A stretch of DNA of 43,193 nucleotides from an uncultured Dehalococcoidaceae bacterium (GTDB lineage: Bacteria > Chloroflexota > Dehalococcoidia > Dehalococcoidales > RBG-16-60-22). The number at the start of each line of letters is the position of its first letter. Position 1 is the stretch's first letter. The DNA lies in contig CAZRBS010000006.1 in assembly GCA_964598405.1 (NCBI GenBank), positions 3,972 through 47,164 on the forward strand. The letters are read 5' to 3'. Positions 10,031 to 19,689 of this stretch are shown piece by piece. The notes under the pieces are model-generated. The model had not been told where the DNA came from. It ran no database searches and worked only from the letters and a program-made list of their open reading frames with translations. A program made the translations under genes and the position numbers.

Positions 10031-10800
10031 CTTGACGTTAACTCCTTCATTTTGGCGCTGATATCGTCGGCTGTTGCCAGAGCCTCGCCGACGAGAACGG
10101 CGTTGACACCCCATTTCTCGAGTTTTACCGTGTCTTCCCGGTTTCTGATGCCGCTTTCGCTGACCACGAGTCGGTCAGAGGGAATGAGGGGTCGCAGACG
10201 GCGGGTGGTGTTGATGTCAACTTCAAGGGTATCGAGGTCGCGGTTGTTGATGCCGATGATTCCAGCGCCGTCAACAGCGAGCGCCCTTTCCATCTCTTCT
10301 TCGCGGTGGACCTCGACCAGGCAGTTCATGCCGAGGTTGCGGCTCAGGGACAGCAGTTCGGCGAGCTGCTCCTGATTCAGGACGGCTGCAATCAGCAGTA
10401 TGGCGTCAGCACCGCTGGCGGTGGACTCGTATACCTGGTACCGGTCGAAGATAAAATCCTTTCTCAGCAGCGGGATTCCGACCTCCTTTCTAATCGCGGT
10501 TAGATGGTCCAGGCTGCCCTGGAAGTAGTTTGCTTCGGTCAGTACGGAAATGGCAGCCGCGCCGCCCCGGGCATACGCTTTTGCCACTGCCACGGGGTCG
10601 AGGTTGGGGCAGATTACTCCCCGTGACGGAGATGCTCTCTTCACCTCGGCAATAAGCCGGAGGCTTTCCCCTCTTAAAGCGCGGGCGAAGTCAAGTGGCG
10701 CCTTTCGCCCGGCAATGCTTTCCTTCAGGACAGAGAGGGGCAGGCGCCTCTTCCGTTGCTCAACCTCTTCCCTTTTGTCCGTCATAATTTTGTTCAGCAT
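10027..10800 (-). CDS. trpC: Indole-3-glycerol phosphate synthase
   Basis: IAEVKRASPSRG, ISVLTE, LLRKDFI, GINNRDL, VSESGI; ATG 10800. Confidence 0.96.
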   Translation of the reverse strand: MLNKIMTDKREEVEQRKRRLPLSVLKESIAGRKAPLDFARALRGESLRLIAEVKRASPSRGVICPNLDPVAVAKAYARGGAAAISVLTEANYFQGSLDHLTAIRKEVGIPLLRKDFIFDRYQVYESTASGADAILLIAAVLNQEQLAELLSLSRNLGMNCLVEVHREEEMERALAVDGAGIIGINNRDLDTLEVDINTTRRLRPLIPSDRLVVSESGIRNREDTVKLEKWGVNAVLVGEALATADDISAKMKELTSR

Positions 10801-10801
10801 G

Positions 10802-11821
10802 TTACTGTCCCAGCTTCTGGCTGAGGGTGACCAGTCCCTCCAGCTTTTCCCTGGCCTGCCCGCCGTCGATTGCCTCTTCGGCAAGGCGGGCTCCCTGCTT
10901 CAGGTTCGGTGCCCGGTTTCCCGCGAGCAGGGCGGCGGCGGCATTCATGACCACCACGTCCCGGTCAGGACCTCTTTTACCCTCCAGAATGTGGCGCAGC
11001 ACCGCTGCATTCTCTTCAGGCGAGCTTCCCTGAATTTCGGTCAGGCTGGCTTCCGTGAAGCCAAAATACCGGGGAGATACCTCGTAGGGCGGCAGCACCC
11101 CGTCGTGGTGGACCTCCCATACCACTGATGGGCTGCTGATTGAAATTTCATCCATGCCATCCCGGCTGTGCACTACCAGGGAGTGTCCGGTGCCAAGGCG
11201 GTGGAGGGCGGCGGCGAGCTTGCCGCCCAGCTCTTCGTCGGGGACACCGATAACCTGGGATTCAGCCCGGGCGGGGTTGGTCAGTGGTCCGAGGATGTTG
11301 AAGACGGTGCGAATGCCAATCTCACGGCGCGGGGCGGCGGCGTGCTTCATTGCCGGGTGGAAAAGGGGGGCAAACATGAAGCCGATGCCGATTTTCTCCA
11401 GGCATTCGGCTACTCCCTGAGCGCCGAGGTCGATTTTTACTCCCAGAGCCTCCAGAACATCGGCGCTGCCGCAGCGACTGGTCATGGCCCGGTTGCCGTG
11501 CTTGGCTACCCTGAGACCGGCCCCGGCGACGACGAAAGCCGCCGCGGTGGAGATGTTTATGCTGGCGCAGTTGTCCCCTCCGGTGCCGCAGGTATCTACC
11601 ACCGGTGGAGTCACCGCCACCGGAACTGCTTTTTCCCGCATGACGCTGGCCAGCCCGGCAATCTCCTCCACGGTCTCACCTTTGATGCGCAGGGCGGTGA
11701 CAAAAGCGGCAATCTGTGCCGGGGTGGCTTCGCTGCCCATTATCTCTGCCATGGCGGCGGCGGCGTCCTCAAAGCTGAGAGGTTTGCCGGAGACTAGGGT
11801 ATTGATGGCTTCTTTAATCAT
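10802..11821 (-). CDS. trpD: Anthranilate phosphoribosyltransferase
   Basis: DTCGTGGD, NIST, KHGNR, RTVFNILGPLTNPA, DGMDE. Confidence 0.97.
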   Translation of the reverse strand: MIKEAINTLVSGKPLSFEDAAAAMAEIMGSEATPAQIAAFVTALRIKGETVEEIAGLASVMREKAVPVAVTPPVVDTCGTGGDNCASINISTAAAFVVAGAGLRVAKHGNRAMTSRCGSADVLEALGVKIDLGAQGVAECLEKIGIGFMFAPLFHPAMKHAAAPRREIGIRTVFNILGPLTNPARAESQVIGVPDEELGGKLAAALHRLGTGHSLVVHSRDGMDEISISSPSVVWEVHHDGVLPPYEVSPRYFGFTEASLTEIQGSSPEENAAVLRHILEGKRGPDRDVVVMNAAAALLAGNRAPNLKQGARLAEEAIDGGQAREKLEGLVTLSQKLGQ

Positions 11822-12392
11822 GATTGCTCCTCATGCGGATAAAATTCCTGAGCAAGTCCTTGCCCACCTTGGTCATGATTGATTCGGGGTGGAACTGGAC
11901 GCCTTCCACCGGGAACTGGCGGTGGCGCAGTCCCATAATCAGCCCATTTTCCGTCCAGGCACTGACTTCAAGGCATTCGGGCAGACCGTCGCGCATGACA
12001 GCCAGGGAGTGGTAGCGGATGGCCGGGAAGGGGCCGGGCAGTCCGCGGAAAAGCCCCCTGCCGTCGTGGTGGATAAGCGATGATTTGCCGTGCTTGATTT
12101 CCCCGGCGCGGTTGACCTGCCCCCCGTAACTGTAGCCGATGCACTGGTGTCCCAGGCAGACCCCCAGGATGGGAAGGCGGGCGCTGAAATGGCGGATAAC
12201 ATCGTTGGAGATGCCCGCCTGCTCCGGGGTGCCCGGACCGGGTGAAATGACGATGCGCTCCAGCGGGAGCCTCTCCATTTCATCAAGGCTCATTTTGTCG
12301 TTCCTGACCACCATTACCTCCTCTCCCAGCTCACTCAGGTACTGGAAGAGGTTGTAGGTAAAACTATCATAATTGTCTACCAGCAAGAGCAT
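11814..12392 (-). CDS. trpG: Anthranilate synthase component II (glutamine amidotransferase)
   Basis: DNYDSFTYNL, SPGPG, GVCLGHQ, RYHSL, QFHPES. Confidence 0.96.
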   Translation of the reverse strand: MLLLVDNYDSFTYNLFQYLSELGEEVMVVRNDKMSLDEMERLPLERIVISPGPGTPEQAGISNDVIRHFSARLPILGVCLGHQCIGYSYGGQVNRAGEIKHGKSSLIHHDGRGLFRGLPGPFPAIRYHSLAVMRDGLPECLEVSAWTENGLIMGLRHRQFPVEGVQFHPESIMTKVGKDLLRNFIRMRSNHD

Positions 12393-13815
12393 GCTTGGCC
12401 TCCGCCTGTTTGATTGCGGCGAGCAGTGCCTGGGCCTTGTTCAGGCTTTCCTGGTATTCACAGCCGGGGACGCTGTCCGCAACGATGCCGCCTCCCGCCT
12501 GAACATAGGCGGTGCCATCCTTGATAACAATGGTGCGGATGGCGATAGCCGTGTCCAGGTTTCCCGAGAAGTCGAAGTAACCCACCGCCCCGGCATAGGG
12601 ACCTCTTTTGTCCGGCTCCAGCTGGGCGATAATTTCCATTGCCCGTATCTTGGGGGCGCCGGAGACGGTCCCGGCGGGAAAGCAGGAGCGCAGGGCGTCA
12701 AACTGGGTGAGCCCGGCTCTCAGCTTGCCCTGAACGTGGGATACCAGGTGCATGACGTGGGAGTAGCGCTCGATGTCCATGAGCTGGGTGACCTCGACCG
12801 TGCCGCACTCGCTGATTCTGCCGATGTCGTTGCGACCCAGGTCCACCAGCATGATATGCTCGGCGCACTCCTTTTCATCGTTCCTTAGCTCCTTTTCCAG
12901 GGCGAAGTCCTGGGCGGGTTCCCTGCCGCGCGGACGGGTGCCGGCGATGGGGTGGTTGGAGACGGTACCGTCCTCCACGCGGACCAGGAGCTCGGGCGAG
13001 GCTCCCACGATGTGGGAATCGCCCAGATGCAGGTAGTACATGTAGGGGGAGGGGTTGATGGAGCGCAACGCCCGGTAGATGGCAAAGGGGCTGGCGGCGG
13101 TGCGTTTGGACAGCCGCTGTGACAGGACCGCCTGGATGATGTCCCCGCCGTAGATGTATTCCTTGGTCCGGGACACTATGGCTTCAAACTCGGCCCGGGA
13201 AAGGTTTGACGATACGGGAAACTCGGCCGAGTCCGATGGCGGCGCCTCGGCGGGGAGCGGTTGCCGTAACCTTTTCACCAACCGGTCAATCCTGGCCGTT
13301 GCCCCGGAATAGGCGCGTTCAACGTCGCCATCTAGATGGGCGTGAGAGACGACCTTGATTCTGTGGGTGAGATGGTCGAAGACCAGGAGCGTGTCAGCCA
13401 GCATCAGTATCGATTCGGGAAGGTCGAGCGGGTCTGATTCGGGAGAGGGCAGGTTCTCAAAATAGCCTGACACTTCATAGCTGAGATAACCGACCATCCC
13501 GCCGTGGAACCGGGGAAGGCCGGCTACGGGCACTGATTGAAACCGCCGGAACTCTTTCTCTATCAGGAGCAGGGGGTCGGCCGGGTTTTCACTGCCCGTC
13601 TTCAGGATGAGAGAAGGCTCGGTGCCGATGAAGCTGTAGCGGGCAAGCCTTTCTCCTCCTTCGACACTTTCCAGCAGAAAGGAGTAATTGCCACGGGCTA
13701 TCTTGAGGAAAGCCGACACCGGTGTTTCCATGTCAGCCATCATCTCGTAGTAAATCGGCACCAGATTGCCGTGTTTCTTCAGCTGGCGTACTTCTTCTAA
13801 TTCGGGATAGTACAT
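12367..13815 (-). CDS. trpE: Anthranilate synthase component I
   Basis: FLLESVEG (Trp feedback motif), NPSPYMY, PIAGTRPRG, EHIMLVDLGRND, PAGTVSGAPK; ATG 13815 (the track extension runs through the T-box). Confidence 0.96.
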   Translation of the reverse strand: MYYPELEEVRQLKKHGNLVPIYYEMMADMETPVSAFLKIARGNYSFLLESVEGGERLARYSFIGTEPSLILKTGSENPADPLLLIEKEFRRFQSVPVAGLPRFHGGMVGYLSYEVSGYFENLPSPESDPLDLPESILMLADTLLVFDHLTHRIKVVSHAHLDGDVERAYSGATARIDRLVKRLRQPLPAEAPPSDSAEFPVSSNLSRAEFEAIVSRTKEYIYGGDIIQAVLSQRLSKRTAASPFAIYRALRSINPSPYMYYLHLGDSHIVGASPELLVRVEDGTVSNHPIAGTRPRGREPAQDFALEKELRNDEKECAEHIMLVDLGRNDIGRISECGTVEVTQLMDIERYSHVMHLVSHVQGKLRAGLTQFDALRSCFPAGTVSGAPKIRAMEIIAQLEPDKRGPYAGAVGYFDFSGNLDTAIAIRTIVIKDGTAYVQAGGGIVADSVPGCEYQESLNKAQALLAAIKQAEAKHALAGRQL

Positions 13816-13837
13816 TTTCTTCCCCTTACCGCAGAAA

Positions 13838-14138
13838 TTAAAAAAACCTCCTGCCCTTGAAGGGGCAGGAGGCTTGCTTCCGCGGTGCCACCCTTCTTGG
13901 CCGTCTTGAATAAGGAAAATGATGGCCATCTCAGTTAGAGTACAGAGGTTAATATTACCTCGATACCCCGGGATTTAATAACGTTTCCCTTACGTCAAAG
14001 CCTACTCGCCTGCCGGTTCGGCAGCTTTCGGTTTGCGGCTCCTAAGTCCATTCAGCTTCAGTGAAGGCATCGGCTCACACCTTTCCCGACTCTCTGAGCC
14101 TCACTTTGGAAGCTTACTAGTCTTGTTCTCAGCCTTTA
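13838..14138 (-). ncRNA. T-box riboswitch, Trp-specific, with terminator
   Basis: Minus strand: specifier TGG at 14050-14048 in GAA-TGG-A; T-box AAGAAGGGTGGCACCGCG (13898-13881); terminator CCTCCTGCCC/GGGCAGGAGG + T7 (about 13874-13840). Confidence 0.93.
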
Positions 14139-14151
14139 CCTGTTTGCTGGG

Positions 14152-14181
14152 AGTTTAGCATTATACTGGCCGGTTTGTCAA
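14152..14181 (-). promoter_or_regulatory. trp operon promoter
   Basis: TTGACA-18 bp-TAAACT with TG extension, just upstream of T-box stem I. Confidence 0.7.
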
Positions 14182-14202
14182 GGGCTGGAGCGTGATTCCG
14201 GC

Positions 14203-14946
14203 TTACTTTTTTGTCCCGGGGAGCAGGCTGTTTTTGAGGCGTATCCTGATGACCGAGAGGGCCACTGTGAACCCGTGTTTTATTGCCTCCCGGTTGAGCT
14301 TTGACGGACTGTAGGAGCATGTGATGGGCACTTCTTTGATGCGGGCTCCTCTTTTAACCGCTTTTTCAAGAATCTCGATGCTGACGCCCATCCCCTGTTC
14401 GGCAAGCAGTAGATTGTCAAAGACTTTTTTGCTGTAGATCCGGTAGCCGCTCTGGGCATCGGACACTTTTGTTCTGGCTCCGAAGTTGAACAGCCGGGTA
14501 ATCACCCCGATGCCGAAGGCGCGGTAACGGGGCACTGACGTCTGTTTGGCTGGATGTAAAAAACGGGAGCCGATAACAAGGTCAGCTTCGCCGTTTAGAA
14601 CGGGGGCGAGCAGCTTTGGCGTTTCATCGGGGTTATGCTGGCCGTCGCCGTCAAGGATGACGAGGATGTCAGCGGAGTACTCCTTTGCCGCTTGGAAGCA
14701 GGACATTATTGCTCCGCCGTAACCCCTGTTTTTCTGATGACTCTTGACAGTGGCACCGCTATCCCGGGCGGCCCGGGCGGTGCCATCATGCGAGCCGTCG
14801 TCAACTACCACGACGTGGTCAACATATTTCTTGACTCTTCTTATTACGTTTCCGATGGAAAGCTCGGTATTGAAGCAGGGGATGGCAGCCGTGATTCTGA
14901 TTTTAGCCTTCTTGGAAGGCGATGGCGATTGCGACATCAGATTCAT
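14203..14946 (-). CDS. Glycosyltransferase family 2 (DPM1/polyprenol-phosphate glycosyltransferase-like)
   Basis: IPCFN, VVDDGSHDGT, NRGYG, LDGDGQH, GSRF, DAQSGYR. Confidence 0.9.
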   Translation of the reverse strand: MNLMSQSPSPSKKAKIRITAAIPCFNTELSIGNVIRRVKKYVDHVVVVDDGSHDGTARAARDSGATVKSHQKNRGYGGAIMSCFQAAKEYSADILVILDGDGQHNPDETPKLLAPVLNGEADLVIGSRFLHPAKQTSVPRYRAFGIGVITRLFNFGARTKVSDAQSGYRIYSKKVFDNLLLAEQGMGVSIEILEKAVKRGARIKEVPITCSYSPSKLNREAIKHGFTVALSVIRIRLKNSLLPGTKK

Positions 14947-15199
14947 TTTCCCCGGTATTTCCGTTCCCCGTTTTCAAGCATTCATTATAGCACAATATGC
15001 TTGAGATTTGGTTGCCTGAAATTGCAATTTAGTAATATTTACAAGGTAACACCAATTGTGCCAGTTGTCAAGATATAGGCCAGCTGGCAAGCAAGATGTT
15101 TTGCGCCATCTTCAGCTTGCCTTGAGCGAAAGAAACGCGAAAGGGGGATTAAATAAAAGGGGCTTCTGAAACCGGCTGGTGCCGGGTAAAAACGCTGTG

Positions 15200-15229
15200 T
15201 TGCTGCCTAGTTAGAGGGTATGCTATACT
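15200..15229 (+). promoter_or_regulatory. rpsB operon promoter
   Basis: TTGCTG-18 bp-TATACT with TG extension. Confidence 0.6.
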
Positions 15230-15276
15230 GTTAAGCAGCCAAAAGCGATTATTTGATAGACAAGGGGGGTGGAGAT

Positions 15277-16062
15277 TTGCCGGACACAACTACAATTAAA
15301 CAACTCTTGGAGGCGGGTGCTCACTTCGGGCACCAGACTGGACGCTGGCATCCCCGGATGAAGAGTTACATTTTCACCAAGCGTAACGGTATCCATATCA
15401 TTGACCTGGAGCAGACGGCAGCAAAACTGGATGAGGCGTGCGATTTTATTCGCCAGGTGGTAGCTGAAGGCGGCACGGTCCTGTTTGTTGGCACCAAAAA
15501 ACAGGCACAGGAGGCGATAGTGGAAGAGGCGCAGCGCTGCGGTATGTATTACGTCGAGCAGCGCTGGCTGGGCGGCATGCTGACCAATTTCGCTACCATT
15601 CAGTCACGCATCGACCACCTGGTCCGTCTGGAAGACCAGCAGTCCCGGGGGGAGTTCGAGCGCCTGTCCAAAAAGGAAATCCTCAAGATCGGGGAGGAGA
15701 TTGCCAGCCTGAACCGCCAGATGGGGGGAATCAAAGAGATGACCAGCCTCCCCAGTGTCCTGTTTGTGGTTGACCCGGTAAAGGAAAAAATTGCCATTGC
15801 TGAAGCCAAACGCATGGGAGTCCCGGTGGTAGCGATAGTTGATTCTAACTGCAACCCCGATATTATTGACCATCCTGTTCCGGCGAATGATGACGCCATT
15901 CGAGCTATCAGGCTGATATGCAGCAAAATTGCGGACGCGGTCCTTGAAGGGAAGGCTGACCTGGCAGGTGTCGCTGCCGAAGAGGAAAAGGAAAAGGTGG
16001 CGGCGGAACCGGAGAGCGCGGAAGCCCTGGAGCCGTTTATTTTTACTCCGGAAGAAGAATAA
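15277..16062 (+). CDS. rpsB: 30S ribosomal protein S2
   Basis: [45 protein letters not shown]; TTG start 15277. Confidence 0.98.
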   Translation: MPDTTTIKQLLEAGAHFGHQTGRWHPRMKSYIFTKRNGIHIIDLEQTAAKLDEACDFIRQVVAEGGTVLFVGTKKQAQEAIVEEAQRCGMYYVEQRWLGGMLTNFATIQSRIDHLVRLEDQQSRGEFERLSKKEILKIGEEIASLNRQMGGIKEMTSLPSVLFVVDPVKEKIAIAEAKRMGVPVVAIVDSNCNPDIIDHPVPANDDAIRAIRLICSKIADAVLEGKADLAGVAAEEEKEKVAAEPESAEALEPFIFTPEEE

Positions 16063-16074
16063 GAGAGGAAAACT

Positions 16075-16578
16075 TTGGAAATTTCTGTAGAAAAGATAAA
16101 AGAGCTGAGAGACCAGTGCGGAGCTGGAATTATGGAGTGCCGGAGCGCCTTGCTTGAGGTAGGAGGAGACATGGAAAAGGCGCTTCAGATTTTGAAGGAG
16201 AAGGGCCTGCTCAAGGCGGAGAAGAAAGCAGAGCGGGCTACCGGTCAGGGGCTGGTTGAAGCCTATATCCATGCGGGAGGACGCATCGGGGCCATGATTG
16301 AGGTGGATTGTGAGACTGACTTCGTCGCCCGCACCGAGGAATTTAAGGAACTGGCGCACAACCTGGCGATGCAGGTGACGGCTCTGGCACCCCAGTTTAT
16401 CGCTAAAGAAGAGGTTCCGGCGGAGGATGACATTGACCCTCAGGCAGCCTGCCTGCTTCTTCAGCCTTACATCAGAGACCCCAGCAAGACGGTTCGTGAC
16501 GTTATCGTCGAGACTATTGCCAGAGTGGGTGAGAATATCAGGGTAAGCCGATTTGCCAGATTCGAACTGGGCAATTAG
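16075..16578 (+). CDS. tsf: Elongation factor Ts (short form)
   Basis: [41 protein letters not shown]. Confidence 0.96.
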   Translation: MEISVEKIKELRDQCGAGIMECRSALLEVGGDMEKALQILKEKGLLKAEKKAERATGQGLVEAYIHAGGRIGAMIEVDCETDFVARTEEFKELAHNLAMQVTALAPQFIAKEEVPAEDDIDPQAACLLLQPYIRDPSKTVRDVIVETIARVGENIRVSRFARFELGN

Positions 16579-16589
16579 GAAACGAGGGA

Positions 16590-17315
16590 ATGGCGGAAAT
16601 CAGGTATAAACGAGTGGTGCTCAAGCTCAGCGGTGAGGCGGTTGGCGGCAAAAAAGAGTATGGCATTGATATTGCCACGTTAATTCGAGTAGCCCGGCAG
16701 ATTAAGCAGGTGGTGGAGATGGGGGTTGAGGTGGCCATAGTTGTCGGCGGGGGTAATATCTGGCGCGGGGACGAGGCTGAGGGGAATGGAATAGACAGGG
16801 TTACCGCTGATTATGCCGGGATGCTGGCCACTGTGATAAATGCTCTGGCCCTGCAGGATGTGCTGGAGAAGCAGGAGGTAAATACCAGGACTCTGTCAGC
16901 AATCGGCGTTAATCAGGTGGCTGAACCTTATATCAGGCGCCGTGCCGTGCGCCATCTGGAGAAAGGCAGAGTGGTTATCTTTGCCGGCGGCACGGGCAAC
17001 CCGTATATGACTACTGATACTGCGGCTGCCCTGAGGGCAATAGAGATTGGGGCACAGGTCTTGCTGATGGCGAAAAATAACGTCGATGGCATTTACAGCG
17101 CTGACCCGCTGAAGAGCCCTGATGCCAGGAAGTTTGATAAGCTGACCCATCTGGAAGCACTGAACCTGCGCCTGGAGGTAATGGATGCCACCGCCCTGTC
17201 TTTGTGTCTGGAAAATATGCTGCCGATAATTGTTTTTGACCTGAATGCTCCGCACAGTATGGAGAAGGCGGTGGCTGGCGAAGCTATTGGCACTCTGGTA
17301 TTGAGCGAAGGATAA
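16590..17315 (+). CDS. pyrH: UMP kinase
   Basis: [36 protein letters not shown]. Confidence 0.97.
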   Translation: MAEIRYKRVVLKLSGEAVGGKKEYGIDIATLIRVARQIKQVVEMGVEVAIVVGGGNIWRGDEAEGNGIDRVTADYAGMLATVINALALQDVLEKQEVNTRTLSAIGVNQVAEPYIRRRAVRHLEKGRVVIFAGGTGNPYMTTDTAAALRAIEIGAQVLLMAKNNVDGIYSADPLKSPDARKFDKLTHLEALNLRLEVMDATALSLCLENMLPIIVFDLNAPHSMEKAVAGEAIGTLVLSEG

Positions 17316-17317
17316 AA

Positions 17318-17875
17318 ATGGTTACTGAAGCTTTACAGACAGCTGAAGAGAAGATGCGGGCTTCCGTAGCGGGATTGCAGAAAGAATTGTCCACCATTCG
17401 TACCGGGCGTGCTTCCCCGGCTTTAATCGAGCATATCAAGGTGGAGTATGCCGGAGTTCCCATGCCGCTTAACCAGCTTGCCGGTATCTCTGTACCCGAA
17501 GCCAGGCTTCTGGTCATCCAGCCCTGGGACAAGAATAGCCTGCATAGCATCGAGAAGGCTATTCTGAAGTCTGACCTCGGGCTGAACCCGACCAATGACG
17601 GAAATGTAATCCGGATAGGTATCCCCCAGCTTTCTGAAGAGCGGCGTCAGGAGCTAATCAGGGCGGTGCGGAAAAGGGTCGAGGAAAGAAGAATCGCCGT
17701 GCGCAACCTGAGACATGACGCCATGGGTGCCCTGAAATCTCTGGAGAAGGAAAGGGAAATATCCCAGGACGAGCACAGGCGTGCCTTAAATCAATTGCAG
17801 AAGCTAACTGACGCCTTCATGCTCGATATCGAGCGTATCGGGCGGGATAAGGAAGAAGAGCTTCTGGAAGTGTAG
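17318..17875 (+). CDS. frr: Ribosome recycling factor
   Basis: IRTGRASP, IQPWD, LGLNPTNDG, P.LSEERR. Confidence 0.97.
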   Translation: MVTEALQTAEEKMRASVAGLQKELSTIRTGRASPALIEHIKVEYAGVPMPLNQLAGISVPEARLLVIQPWDKNSLHSIEKAILKSDLGLNPTNDGNVIRIGIPQLSEERRQELIRAVRKRVEERRIAVRNLRHDAMGALKSLEKEREISQDEHRRALNQLQKLTDAFMLDIERIGRDKEEELLEV

Positions 17876-17881
17876 ACCAAA

Positions 17882-18631
17882 TTGCCGGATTCCTCAGGAC
17901 GAAGTGATAAGGTAAAAGCTGGCCGCTCATCGGTGAAGAAAATCGCTCACCTTCCCACTCATGTTGCCATCGTGCCGGATGGTAATGGCAGATGGGCAGA
18001 AAAGCGCGGACTGTCGAGGCTCGCCGGTCACCGGGCCGGGGTCAAGAAAATGCGCTCTTTGATTGAGCATCTTAACGGTTACCGGATAAAATACGTGACG
18101 CTTTACGGTTTTTCCACGGAAAACTGGGGGAGACCCGGCGATGAGGTTGATGGCCTCTTTCATATCCTGGAAGAAAGAATAGGTAAGGACGTGCCCCGGC
18201 TTCATGAGAAGGGCGTGAAGGTGCGCCACCTCGGGCGGATGGAAGAGCTCCCGTCCTGGCTGCAGCGGGCGATAAATAGCGCGGTGGAGCTGACCAGGAA
18301 TAACAATGGACTGACCCTCAACCTTGCTTTTAATTATGGGGGGCGTATTGAGATTATAGATGCGGTGCGCCGCCTCGTTGCTGAGAATGTCCCGCCGGAA
18401 AAGATAGATGAAAAGCTGTTCGGGAGCTATCTTTACACCGCTGGCCTGCCCGATGTTGACCTCTTGATCCGCACCGGTGATGAACTCCGTCTCAGTAATT
18501 TCTTAATCTGGCAGACCGCTTACAGCGAGTACTACTTCACCCAGACCCTGTGGCCTGACTTTACCAAAAAGGACGTTGATAAGGCTTTGCTTGCCTACAG
18601 CCAGAGGGAGAGGCGTTTCGGCGCCCTGTAG
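17882..18631 (+). CDS. uppS: Polyprenyl (undecaprenyl) diphosphate synthase
   Basis: HVAIVPDGNGRWA, FSTENWGRP, NYGGR, DLLIRTG..RLSNFL.WQ; start uncertain. Confidence 0.95.
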   Translation: MPDSSGRSDKVKAGRSSVKKIAHLPTHVAIVPDGNGRWAEKRGLSRLAGHRAGVKKMRSLIEHLNGYRIKYVTLYGFSTENWGRPGDEVDGLFHILEERIGKDVPRLHEKGVKVRHLGRMEELPSWLQRAINSAVELTRNNNGLTLNLAFNYGGRIEIIDAVRRLVAENVPPEKIDEKLFGSYLYTAGLPDVDLLIRTGDELRLSNFLIWQTAYSEYYFTQTLWPDFTKKDVDKALLAYSQRERRFGAL

Positions 18632-18639
18632 TATCGGGC

Positions 18640-19443
18640 ATGCTCAAGAAAAGGGTCATAACGGCGCTCCTGGGCATCCCCCTTCTTATTGCTTTCGTCT
18701 GGTTTGATTCCCCGGTGCCGTGGTTCACTGTGCTGGTGGCTATCTGGGGAGTGCTGGCCGCCTTTGAATTTTACCGGCTGGTGGCTGTCTCAAGGGCAAA
18801 GGTGCTTACCTGTTTTGGCCTGCTCTGGGTGCTGTTGTTCATTCTGAGCCCTCACTGCGAGTATGAATTTATTATCCCGCTTCTTCTGACTTCGGGAATG
18901 GTGCTGCCCCTGCTGTGGCTCATACTGCGCCCCCGGGGGGACGGGACTTTTCTCACATGGGCGTGGGTAATGGTCGGCGTTCTCTACGTGGGCTGGCTGT
19001 TAAGCTATCTGGTAGCATTGCGGCTGGAGGCGGGCAGGAACTGGGTGTTTTTTGCCCTGTTTGCCACCTTCGGATCTGATACTCTGGCTTTTTTCATTGG
19101 CAGGGCGGTGGGAAGACACCGCCTTGCCCCGCAGGTTAGCCCCAACAAGACGTGGGAAGGAGCTGTGGGAGGGGTCTTCGGGGCAATTATCGTCAGCCTG
19201 CTTTTTATCTTGCCGACGCCTCTAAATCTGCCACTGAGCTACGGGCAGGCAGTCCTTCTGGGTTTCCTGGTCAGCGTTTTCGGCCAGTTCGGCGACCTGG
19301 TGGAATCTCTGTTCAAACGCAACACGGGGGTGAAGGAATCAGGGAACTGGATACCGGGACACGGCGGCTTTCTCGACCGCATGGACAGCGTTGTTCTGGC
19401 GGGCGTGGTGGTCTATTTATACTATATCTTTGTTGTACTATAA
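18640..19443 (+). CDS. cdsA: Phosphatidate cytidylyltransferase
   Basis: SDTLAFFIG, SPNKTWEG, GDLVESLFKR..GVKESG..IPGHGGFLDRMDS; multiple transmembrane segments. Confidence 0.95.
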   Translation: MLKKRVITALLGIPLLIAFVWFDSPVPWFTVLVAIWGVLAAFEFYRLVAVSRAKVLTCFGLLWVLLFILSPHCEYEFIIPLLLTSGMVLPLLWLILRPRGDGTFLTWAWVMVGVLYVGWLLSYLVALRLEAGRNWVFFALFATFGSDTLAFFIGRAVGRHRLAPQVSPNKTWEGAVGGVFGAIIVSLLFILPTPLNLPLSYGQAVLLGFLVSVFGQFGDLVESLFKRNTGVKESGNWIPGHGGFLDRMDSVVLAGVVVYLYYIFVVL

Positions 19444-19470
19444 TCCTTTGGACTTCCTTTTCTACTTCTA

Positions 19471-19550
19471 CCTCACCCCCTTTATCCCCCTCTCCTTCAA
19501 AGGAGAGGGGGAGTTGTTATGAAAGAGGGGCGAAGCCCCTCTTAAACACC
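19471..19550. repeat. REP-like double-hairpin element, copy 1
   Basis: 13-bp perfect IR TCCCCCTCTCCTT/AAGGAGAGGGGGA (19485-19512) plus 9-bp stem AAGAGGGGC-GAA-GCCCCTCTT (19523-19543); related copy at about 24003-24084. Confidence 0.8.
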
Positions 19551-19575
19551 TTGGGCAAAAAGTCCTCTTGGGTAC

Positions 19576-19656
19576 TTGACAAATCTGTATTTTTGTATTA
19601 TTCTGTATCGCAGAAATACAGATACACTGCTAATAATGGTAAAGATACATCTAAAT
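19576..19656 (+). promoter_or_regulatory. Islet-gene promoter overlapped by TGTAT/ATACA operator-like repeats
   Basis: TTGACA(19576-81)-17 bp-TATTCT(19599-604); three TGTAT and three ATACA copies, including a 10-bp IR ATCTGTATTT/AAATACAGAT. Confidence 0.65.
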
Positions 19657-19689
19657 TTGTAATATCCTACAGAATAAGGGGGTGGAATT

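Noticed and set aside
14160-14181. Perfect TTGACA...TATAAT pair at the trp promoter
   Set aside because: The spacer is only 10 bp; TAAACT at 18 bp is the plausible -10
16075-16578. tsf as a truncated pseudogene (167 aa)
   Set aside because: Short EF-Ts forms are established in several phyla; key motifs and operon spacing are intact
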